A stretch of DNA of 16,120 nt. Origin: Candidatus Methylomirabilia bacterium. Its GTDB lineage: Bacteria > Methylomirabilota > Methylomirabilia > Rokubacteriales > CSP1-6. The stretch spans positions 1-16,120 of the forward strand of contig JBHIBG010000061.1 of assembly GCA_046758965.1 (NCBI GenBank), given 5' to 3'. The translations under genes and the position numbers were made by a program. Of this stretch, positions 1-6,801 are shown piece after piece. Each line of letters begins with the position of its first letter. The first letter of the stretch is position 1. A model generated the notes under the pieces. The model saw only the letters and a list, made by a program, of their open reading frames with translations, had not been told where the DNA came from and made no database searches.

Positions 1-2
1 TC

Positions 3-1106
3 GGAAAAGCCGCGGTCTTCCACGGTCCTGGTAAGCCGTTCGAGATCCGCGAGATCCCGCTCCCCGAGGTGGAGCCCGAGGGGATCCTGATTCGAGTCAG
101 CCTCGCCAACATCTGCGGCTCAGACCTCCACTTCTGGCGGGGGGACGCGCCGCTCAAGCTCCCCGACGATGGCTGGATCTACGGCCACGAGATGACCGGA
201 TGCGTGGCCAGGCTCGGCCAGAAGATCACCACCGACTCCCTGGGTCGGCCCCTCAGGGAAGGCGACCGGGTCGCCTACTGCTACTTCTACCCCTGCGGGC
301 GCTGCTACGCGTGCCTCAACAAGCAGCCAGCCGCGTGCCCCAACAAGGTCGGCCGGCCTCTAGGCCCCTCACAGTTCCCTCACTTCCACGGGGCCTTCGC
401 CGAGTATTACTACCTGTCTCCCGGCGGATACATCTTCAAGGTGCCCGACCACCTGCCGGACGAACTGGTCTCACCTGTGAACTGCGCTCTCTCGCAGGTC
501 ATCTACGGCTTTTCCGTGGCCGGGCTCCGCTTCGGGGACAGCCTCGTGATCCAGGGGGCTGGGGGGCTCGGGATCCAGGCCACAGCGGTCGCCAAGGAGA
601 TGGGCGTCGCCACAGTCATCGTCATCGACCAGCTCGCGGGACGACTGGACCTGGCAAAGGCCTTCGGGGCCGATCACACCATCAACCTGAAGGAGATCCC
701 CGGCCGGAAAGACCGGGTGAAGCAGGTACGCGAGCTCACGGCAGGGCGCGGGGCCGATGTGGTCTCTGACTTTGTCGGCTTCCCCCAGGTGATCCCTGAG
801 GGGATCGAGATGCTCCGCTTCGGCGGGACCTATTTGGAGATCGGCACGATCAGCCGCGGGGTGAACGTCGAGCTGGAGCCGGCAGCGCTGATCTGGGGGT
901 CCAAGAGGATCGTCGGCGTCATGATGTACGATCCGTGGGTGATCCCGCGAGCCCTGGACTTTCTCTCCCGCACCAGGTCGCGGTTCCCGTTCTCGCGGCT
1001 CCTCTCCCACAGCTTCCCGCTGGAGCAGATCAACGAGGCGTTCGAGGCCTCTGAGTGGTGGAACCGCGAGGCGACCACGATCACCCGGGCCTGCCTCAAG
1101 CCCTAG
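3..1106 (+). CDS. Zinc-dependent alcohol dehydrogenase, MDR superfamily (5' end lies upstream of the window)
   Basis: Frame is open from position 3 (GKAAVFHGPGKPFEIREIPLPEV, a typical MDR N-terminus), so the ORF-track start at 69 is internal. Motifs: ICGSDLH, GHE, structural Zn cluster CGRCYAC-x7-C, Rossmann GAGGLG with Asp at the end of beta2 (VIDQ, NAD preference). Stop TAG at 1104-1106. Confidence 0.92.
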   Translation, partial: GKAAVFHGPGKPFEIREIPLPEVEPEGILIRVSLANICGSDLHFWRGDAPLKLPDDGWIYGHEMTGCVARLGQKITTDSLGRPLREGDRVAYCYFYPCGRCYACLNKQPAACPNKVGRPLGPSQFPHFHGAFAEYYYLSPGGYIFKVPDHLPDELVSPVNCALSQVIYGFSVAGLRFGDSLVIQGAGGLGIQATAVAKEMGVATVIVIDQLAGRLDLAKAFGADHTINLKEIPGRKDRVKQVRELTAGRGADVVSDFVGFPQVIPEGIEMLRFGGTYLEIGTISRGVNVELEPAALIWGSKRIVGVMMYDPWVIPRALDFLSRTRSRFPFSRLLSHSFPLEQINEAFEASEWWNREATTITRACLKP

Positions 1107-1269
1107 CGCCGTGCCAATACCCGTCGCAGCTCTGCGTCCTCGGTCGTCGGCCGTCCTCAATGTACAGCGAGTACACCTCCGGCGGCCTCCTCCCTGCGTC
1201 CTTGATCTGCTCGGTTCTTGGCACGGCGCGGGGGCCGAACCGCCTAGCGCCGTGCCAATACCCGTCGCA
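1102..1269. repeat. 27-bp perfect direct repeat (1102-1128 and 1243-1269), the left end of a miniature inverted-repeat element
   Basis: CCTAGCGCCGTGCCAATACCCGTCGCA occurs at both positions, 141 bp apart. Confidence 0.9.
1106..1229. mobile_element. ~124-bp MITE/REP-like non-autonomous element with terminal inverted repeats
   Basis: GCGCCGTGCCAA (1106-1117) is the exact reverse complement of TTGGCACGGCGC (1218-1229), and the match extends imperfectly to about 26 bp. No credible coding capacity. Mobility is inferred, not shown. Confidence 0.6.
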
Positions 1270-1405
1270 CGACCCACTTCGTGGGTGCCCGCCAAGGATG
1301 GCCTTCTGAGCCGTCAGCAGGGCAACGCCGTCACCCACGAACGCTCGAGCCGTACCGAGAACCGGGCAGGCCAAGGATTCGGCTCCGCCTCGTGGGGACG
1401 CCGGT

Positions 1406-1495
1406 CCGCCGGAGGCTGGGCTCCGGCGGTTGGGGTCCTGGGGGGAGGCAGCCCCCGAGGCCGTTCGCCAGCTGCGAAGCAGAGCTGGCGAACGG
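1406..1495. repeat. GC-rich palindromic (REP-like) hairpins
   Basis: CCGCCGGAG/CTCCGGCGG (1406-1414/1421-1429), GGGGG..CCCCC (1441-1456), and a perfect 13-bp inverted repeat CCGTTCGCCAGCT/AGCTGGCGAACGG (1461-1473/1483-1495). Confidence 0.75.
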
Positions 1496-1561
1496 TGGGC
1501 TTTGCCCAGGGGCGTCGGCAGGAGGGCAGAGCCCCCTTCCGAGCTACATAAGCGAAAACAG

Positions 1562-1960
1562 ATGGTCTATCGCAGGCGGGAGCTCTGGCTCCTGTTGCTC
1601 CTGGCCTCAAGCCTGGGGTTCGGCCTCGCCGTCCGCGAGTTCAGGAGCAGTTTCCCCGAGCTAGTCGAGCGTGTTGAGCGCTTCGATTCTCCCCAGGAGC
1701 CCCTCCGGTCCAAGCCTCCCCCACCCCGTGCCGGGCCCTCGAAGGCTACCGCCGAGACCCAGGGGCGGCTCGACCTTAACCGCGCCAGCGTGGCGGAGCT
1801 TCAGCGCCTGCCGGGGATCGGTCCCATCTTGGCGCGCCGCATCGTGGAGACCCGCCAGAGAGACGGCCCCTTCCGCGACGCCGAAGACCTCCGCCGCGTG
1901 CCGGGGATCGGCGAGAAGAAATTGGAGGCCATTCGAGATCTCATCATCGTCCGGGAGTGA
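1562..1960 (+). CDS. comEA: ComEA-family helix-hairpin-helix DNA-binding competence protein
   Basis: ATG at 1562 gives an N-terminal TM/signal segment (LWLLLLLASSLGFGLAV), a Pro-rich linker, then LDLNRAS..ELQRLPGIGP.LARRIV...R...GPF...EDLRRVPGIGEKKLE (double HhH). Lies directly upstream of comEC. The ORF-track extension to 1430 runs through repeat DNA. Confidence 0.9.
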   Translation: MVYRRRELWLLLLLASSLGFGLAVREFRSSFPELVERVERFDSPQEPLRSKPPPPRAGPSKATAETQGRLDLNRASVAELQRLPGIGPILARRIVETRQRDGPFRDAEDLRRVPGIGEKKLEAIRDLIIVRE

Positions 1961-2034
1961 GGCGCAACCGGGGGGCGCGGTGTCTACAAGAACAGACATT
2001 CCCAGGGCCTCGGTCCCAACTCTACACTGCGGAG

Positions 2035-4512
2035 ATGCGCCTCGAGGCCATGCCGCTCGTCCCGCTTGCCCTGGCCTTCTGCGCCGGGGTGATGGGGGCA
2101 GCGTGGGTTCGGCCCGATTCCGTCCTCCTCTTGAGTCTGGGTGCAGGCCTCTCTCTGGCCGGTGCCTGCGCGCTCCAACTCGGGCGCCCCGGCCTTGCGA
2201 CCTCGCTGCTGCTCCTCCTCGTAGCGCTCCTCGGGCTCCTCCGCGCGGCTCCGCCACGTCTGCCGCCCGATCACCTGGCACATCTGAGGCTCCCCGCGAC
2301 AGTCATCCTCGAAGGTCGTCTCGCCAAAGAGCCCATCCCGTACGCTCCGGACCGGACCCGCCTCCTTATCGAGGCGGAAGGTGTCAAGCAGGATGGCGGT
2401 CAGCTGCGGCCGGCCCGGGGGCGAGCTCAGGTGACGCTCTACGGCGAGCCTCCGGGGCTGACCACAGGGCAGCGGATCAGAGGCGTCTTCCGCCTCGGGA
2501 AACCAGTGGGGTTTCGGAATCCCGGCGGGTTCGACTACCCCGCCTACCTCGCCCGCCGGGGGATCTTCCTAGTCGGGAGCGGCCGTGCTGGCCAACTCCG
2601 AGCGCTGACGTCTGAAGATCCCCGATGGACCGTCAGGGTGAGGCGGTGGGCCCTCGCAACCTTCCACCACCACCTACCCCTGCGCTCTGGGGCCCTCCTG
2701 GCCGGGCTCCTCCTCGGCGAGCGCGCCGAGCTCCCGCGAAGCGCCGACGAGGCATTTCGCCGGGCCGGCGTATACCACATCTTGGCCGTCTCCGGGTTCC
2801 ACGTCGCGCTCATCGCCTCGACCGTCTTTCTGACGCTCTCGCTCCTGAGGATCCCGCGCCGGGTCGTAGCCATCATTGCCGGTCTGACCGTGGTCGCGTA
2901 CGCCTCGGTGATCGGGGGGCGCCCCTCGGTCGTCCGTGCCGCGGTCATGGGAGTGCTGCTGCTCGTGGGGCTCATGCTCGAGCACGAGGTGAACGTCCTC
3001 AACAGCCTGGCCCTGGCCGCTCTCGCCATCTTGCTCTGGCGCCCCGGGGATCTCTGGGAACCGGGATTCCAGCTCTCCTTCGGAGCCACGACCGGCATCG
3101 TCTCGCTTGCGCCAGGGATCCTGGCGGGCCTGAAACAGCGAGGGTGGCCACGGTGGCTCGCGGCAGGGATCGCGGTGAGCGCCAGCGCCCAGCTGGCCGT
3201 GACCCCCATCATGCTGGCTCATTTCAATCAACTCTCCCTGATCGGGGTCGCTGCCAACCTCATCGTCGTCCCGCTGGCAGCGCTCGCCATGACCGTGGGG
3301 CTGGGAGCGCTCCTCCTCAGCGCCGCCTCTGAGGCCTTCGGCGATCTCCTCTTCCAGAGCGTCTGGCTGATCCTCCTGGCCCTCCGGCTGGCTGTTCACG
3401 GCGCTGCGGAGCTGCCGGGAGCCATGGTTCATCTCCCCGCCCCTCACTGGAGCGTGGTGGCGGCGTTTTATGGCCTCCTGGCGCTCCTGGCATCACCAGG
3501 TAGGAGGACTCGGGCCTTCAGCCTCGCGGGCCCCTCTCACGCCCACCCGTGGCAAGCCCGGTCCGAGCCGCTTCGCTTCAAACGCCGCGGCTGGGTGGCT
3601 GCCGGGATTCTCGCCCTCTGGGTGGGCGCCGCGTCTCTCTGGCCCTGGGTGAAGCCTGCTGAAGGGCGGCTGCGCGTGACGATCCTGGACGTCGGGCAAG
3701 GCGACGCGATCTTTATCGAGCTTCCTGATGGGAAGCGGCTGCTGATCGATGGCGGCTCCGGAGGCCCCCACCGCTTCGACGCGGGAGAACGGGTGATCGC
3801 CCCGTTTCTCTGGAACCGCGCCGTCAGGCAGTTGGACGTGGTCGCCATGACCCACTCGGACCCCGACCACGCCGGCGGGCTCTCTGCCGTGCTCAGGCAC
3901 TTCACGGTCGGCGAGTTCTGGAAGACGGGAATCTGGGACGCGGGCGGCGCAGAGCTTCGAGCGCTGGCGAGGCGCTCGGGGGTACGCCGGCGCTTCCTCC
4001 GTCAGGGGGAGCAGATCCGATTGGGACCGGTTTCCGTGAGCGTGCTCCACCCCCCGGCGACCCCTCTCCAGGGCTCGCCCCGCGGCCCCAGCTCGGACGA
4101 CAACAACAACTCCCTCGTCCTGCGCCTGGAGTGGAAGCTTGCCTCCTTTCTCTTCGCCGGAGACCTGGAGCGCGAAGGCGAGGAGGCGCTCGTCACCTCC
4201 GGAGAGCCCGTCCGCCATCTGGTCCTGAAGGTCGCCCACCACGGCAGTCGCTTCTCGACCACCGAGCGGTTTCTGGCCTCAGCCCACCCGGCCTTCGCCG
4301 TCATCACGGTGGGAGCACGGAACCCCTTCGGCCACCCCACCCCCGAAACGCTCAAGCGCCTTCGATCGAGAGGCGTGCGCCTGTTCCGGACCGACCAGGA
4401 TGGCGCCGTCATCTTCGAAACCGACGGCCGCGAGCTTTCGGTGACACGCTGGGCCACGGGGGAGACGGAGCAGTGGCGGCTCGCACCGGGAATGGCGCCG
4501 CGAAGGCGGTAG
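2035..4512 (+). CDS. comEC: DNA internalisation competence protein ComEC/Rec2 (OB-like DUF4131, Competence and metallo-beta-lactamase domains)
   Basis: RNPGGFDY, GVYHILAVSGFHV, PSVVRAAVM, GFQLSF, LDVGQGDA, THSDPDHAGG, NNNSLVL, GDLE, KVAHHGS, NPFGHP, RTDQDGAV. Start is uncertain (ATG 2035 or 2050). Confidence 0.95.
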   Translation: MRLEAMPLVPLALAFCAGVMGAAWVRPDSVLLLSLGAGLSLAGACALQLGRPGLATSLLLLLVALLGLLRAAPPRLPPDHLAHLRLPATVILEGRLAKEPIPYAPDRTRLLIEAEGVKQDGGQLRPARGRAQVTLYGEPPGLTTGQRIRGVFRLGKPVGFRNPGGFDYPAYLARRGIFLVGSGRAGQLRALTSEDPRWTVRVRRWALATFHHHLPLRSGALLAGLLLGERAELPRSADEAFRRAGVYHILAVSGFHVALIASTVFLTLSLLRIPRRVVAIIAGLTVVAYASVIGGRPSVVRAAVMGVLLLVGLMLEHEVNVLNSLALAALAILLWRPGDLWEPGFQLSFGATTGIVSLAPGILAGLKQRGWPRWLAAGIAVSASAQLAVTPIMLAHFNQLSLIGVAANLIVVPLAALAMTVGLGALLLSAASEAFGDLLFQSVWLILLALRLAVHGAAELPGAMVHLPAPHWSVVAAFYGLLALLASPGRRTRAFSLAGPSHAHPWQARSEPLRFKRRGWVAAGILALWVGAASLWPWVKPAEGRLRVTILDVGQGDAIFIELPDGKRLLIDGGSGGPHRFDAGERVIAPFLWNRAVRQLDVVAMTHSDPDHAGGLSAVLRHFTVGEFWKTGIWDAGGAELRALARRSGVRRRFLRQGEQIRLGPVSVSVLHPPATPLQGSPRGPSSDDNNNSLVLRLEWKLASFLFAGDLEREGEEALVTSGEPVRHLVLKVAHHGSRFSTTERFLASAHPAFAVITVGARNPFGHPTPETLKRLRSRGVRLFRTDQDGAVIFETDGRELSVTRWATGETEQWRLAPGMAPRRR

Positions 4513-4524
4513 ATGCGCCGTCGT

Positions 4525-5517
4525 CTACTCGATGGGTCGGTCGTACTGGAGGCGGAGGCGCTCCAGCTCCTCAGGATCGACCCGCATCCCAAGAGCGAGC
4601 CCCATCTCTCCCAGGATCGTCTTGATCTCGTTCAGCGACTTCTTCCCGAAATTCTTGGTCTTCAGGAGCTCAGCCTCGGTGCGCTGCACCAGATCGGCGA
4701 TGGTGCGAATGCTGGCGGTCTTGAGGCAGTTCGAGGCGCGCACCGACAGCTCCAGTTCCTCCACGTTCCGGAAGAGGTTCTCATTGAGCTCGAGCTGCGG
4801 CGCGACAGGCTCCACCACCTCCTCGACGGTGACCTCCTGGGGAAAGTTGGTGAACAGATCGAAGTGGTCCTCGAGAATCCGCGAGGCCTGCCCGATTGCG
4901 GTCTCGGGGGTCACGGTCCCGTTCGTCCAGATCTCAAGCACGAGCCGCTCCTGCCTGGCGTTCCCGCCGGCAGCCGGCTCCACGCGGAAGTTCACGCGCC
5001 GCACCGGGGAGAAGTCAGCATCCATCAGGATCGCGTTGATCGGAAGCGCCTCCGGCTCCTGCTTCTCCGCCGGCAGATTGCCCCGCCCCCGCTCGATGCA
5101 GACCTCCATCTCCAGCGTCCCGTCCTTGTCCACGGTCGCCAGCGGCTGCGCCGGTGTGAGAATCTCCACGTCCGCGTCCGGCTCGAAATCCGCCGCCGTA
5201 ACCAGCTTGGGGCCCTGGACTCGGAGGCGAATGAGTTTGGGGCGGTTGACGTGAAGGGCGAAGACCACCTTCCGGAGGTTCCCGACAATGTCCAGGGTAT
5301 CCTCGCTCACCGCCTCCAGGTGGGAGAATTCGTGCAGCACCGCCTCGATCTTGACCCAGGTGGGAGCCGCGCCGTTGATCGAGGAAAGAATGACCCGGCG
5401 GTAGGCGTTCCCAATGATCAGGGCAAAGCCCGGCTCGAAGGGTTCCAGCACAATCCTTCCGTAGTCGCGCTCCTGGACCTGCCATTCGTGACGGGTAGGG
5501 AGACCAAGCTCCAGCAT
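4525..5517 (-). CDS. rpoA: DNA-directed RNA polymerase subunit alpha, stand-alone divergent copy (putative rpoA paralog)
   Basis: 330 aa with alpha motifs throughout: LEPFE.GF...[51 protein letters not shown], and [18 protein letters not shown]...[32 protein letters not shown] lies 7 nt before the ATG. No ribosomal protein genes adjacent. Confidence 0.95.
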   Translation of the reverse strand: MLELGLPTRHEWQVQERDYGRIVLEPFEPGFALIIGNAYRRVILSSINGAAPTWVKIEAVLHEFSHLEAVSEDTLDIVGNLRKVVFALHVNRPKLIRLRVQGPKLVTAADFEPDADVEILTPAQPLATVDKDGTLEMEVCIERGRGNLPAEKQEPEALPINAILMDADFSPVRRVNFRVEPAAGGNARQERLVLEIWTNGTVTPETAIGQASRILEDHFDLFTNFPQEVTVEEVVEPVAPQLELNENLFRNVEELELSVRASNCLKTASIRTIADLVQRTEAELLKTKNFGKKSLNEIKTILGEMGLALGMRVDPEELERLRLQYDRPIE

Positions 5518-5588
5518 CAGGGCCCTCCTCGGCGGATTCGGAGGCTTCCACCCCCCTGTTGGCGGGCTTCTACCCCGTACGTTACGGT

Positions 5589-5597
5589 AGTATAGCA
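5589..5597 (-). promoter_or_regulatory. Putative sigma70 extended -10 promoter for the rpoA copy
   Basis: Minus strand reads TGcTATACT about 70 nt upstream of the ATG. The -35 is weak (TTCATG at 18-nt spacing). Confidence 0.6.
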
Positions 5598-5635
5598 GAC
5601 CTCCGAGGCGGCCATGAACCGGTTGACTGGGGGGG

Positions 5636-5663
5636 TTGACTCCGGGACGATTGTAAGTAGAAT
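5636..5663 (+). promoter_or_regulatory. Putative sigma70 promoter for mltG
   Basis: TTGACT (5636-5641)-N16-TAGAAT (5658-5663), followed by a purine-rich SD region (GAGGAGAGGTGA) before GTG 5692. Confidence 0.65.
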
Positions 5664-5691
5664 ACTGACACTCATAGAGGAGAGGTGATAA

Positions 5692-6729
5692 GTGCCTAAA
5701 ATTTGGTCAGATTTCTCCGGGAGGCTCGGCGGTTCGAGCCGCGCGATCTTGGCGCTGGCGCTTCTCGGGGGTGCCGCGGCCGTCGCCCTCGAGGCCTGGT
5801 GGGTGCTGGTCCCAACCCCGGCACTCCGGGCCGGCCCGAGGGTCGTCGAGATCACCCTGAACCAGGGACCCCTCGAGATTGCTGAGCGACTGCAAGCGGC
5901 AGGGGTGATCCGAAGCCGGCTGGCCTTCACCATGCTGGCCACCCTCCGCGGGACCGCCCGCTCCCTCAAGGCCGGCGAGTACGAAATCCCCAGGGACGCC
6001 AACACCGTGCGGATCCTGGCCCTCCTGGAGAAGGGGAAGGTCCGAACGCGCCGCATCGTATTCCCCGAGGGGGGCACCGTGAGGGACCTGGCTCGCCTCT
6101 TGGAAGTTGAAGGGCTGGCCCGGGTGGAGGAGATCGAGCGGTTGGCCCGGGATCCAGCCCTGCTCTGGGCCCTCCGCATTGGCGCGCCGAGCCTCGAGGG
6201 CTACCTCTTCCCGGACACCTACTACTTCTTTAAAGGCCTGCCGGCGGAGAATATGCTGGCGCAGATGACGCTGCGGCTGCGGGAGGAGGTGACCCCTGAC
6301 CTCCTCGCTCAGGCCGAGCGCAAAGGGCTGACCTTGCACGAGCTCCTCACCCTGGCCTCGATCGTCGAGCGTGAGGCGGTGCTGAGCAGGGAGCTCCCGG
6401 TGATCTCGGCCGTGTTCTGGAACCGCATCAAGCGGGGGATGCCGCTCCAGGCCGATCCCACGGTCCAGTACGCCGTGAACAAAGAATGGGGGGCCCTCAC
6501 GCGGGCCGATCTCAGGGTGGACTCCCCGTTCAACACCTACCGCTACACCGGGCTCCCCCCGGGGCCGATCGCCAGTCCCGGGAAGGCGGCGATCCTGGCT
6601 GTGCTAAATCCGGCCAAGGTCAAGTACCTGTATTTTGTCTCCATGGACGGCCGCCGACACTTCTTCTCCAGGACCCTGAAGGAGCACAACGCTGCCGTGT
6701 CCCGCTACCGCCTCGCGCGGGCGCGGTGA
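5692..6729 (+). CDS. mltG: Endolytic transglycosylase MltG (YceG family)
   Basis: N-terminal [33 protein letters not shown] (catalytic Glu), [42 protein letters not shown]. Confidence 0.96.
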   Translation: MPKIWSDFSGRLGGSSRAILALALLGGAAAVALEAWWVLVPTPALRAGPRVVEITLNQGPLEIAERLQAAGVIRSRLAFTMLATLRGTARSLKAGEYEIPRDANTVRILALLEKGKVRTRRIVFPEGGTVRDLARLLEVEGLARVEEIERLARDPALLWALRIGAPSLEGYLFPDTYYFFKGLPAENMLAQMTLRLREEVTPDLLAQAERKGLTLHELLTLASIVEREAVLSRELPVISAVFWNRIKRGMPLQADPTVQYAVNKEWGALTRADLRVDSPFNTYRYTGLPPGPIASPGKAAILAVLNPAKVKYLYFVSMDGRRHFFSRTLKEHNAAVSRYRLARAR

Positions 6730-6762
6730 TTCCTCCCCGGGCCGTCCCGGTCATACCTCTGC

Positions 6763-6791
6763 TTGTCACTGCCTGAGGGCAGTGCTATAAA
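6763..6791 (+). promoter_or_regulatory. Putative sigma70 promoter for argH
   Basis: TTGTCA (6763-6768)-N17-TATAAA (6786-6791), with extended -10 TG at 6783-6784. Confidence 0.65.
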
Positions 6792-6801
6792 CAGACGGGT
6801 C

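Noticed and set aside
1102..1269. Two 27-bp direct repeats as a possible CRISPR array
   Set aside because: Only two copies, a 114-bp interval that itself carries the inverted end, and no cas genes. Better explained as MITE ends.
1055..1664. Short ORFs across the intergenic repeat region, including the comEA extension to 1430
   Set aside because: These are translations of palindromic repeat DNA with Arg/Pro/Gly-rich composition and no domains.
4525..5517. rpoA copy as a pseudogene or phage/mobile cargo
   Set aside because: Intact full-length frame, SD, promoter candidate and conserved CTD. No integrase, att-like repeats or obvious compositional shift nearby.
4513..5595. 360-aa plus-strand ORF antisense to rpoA, starting right after the comEC stop
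   Set aside because: Codon-aligned shadow of a high-GC gene with no recognisable motifs and no SD. The minus strand is clearly RpoA.
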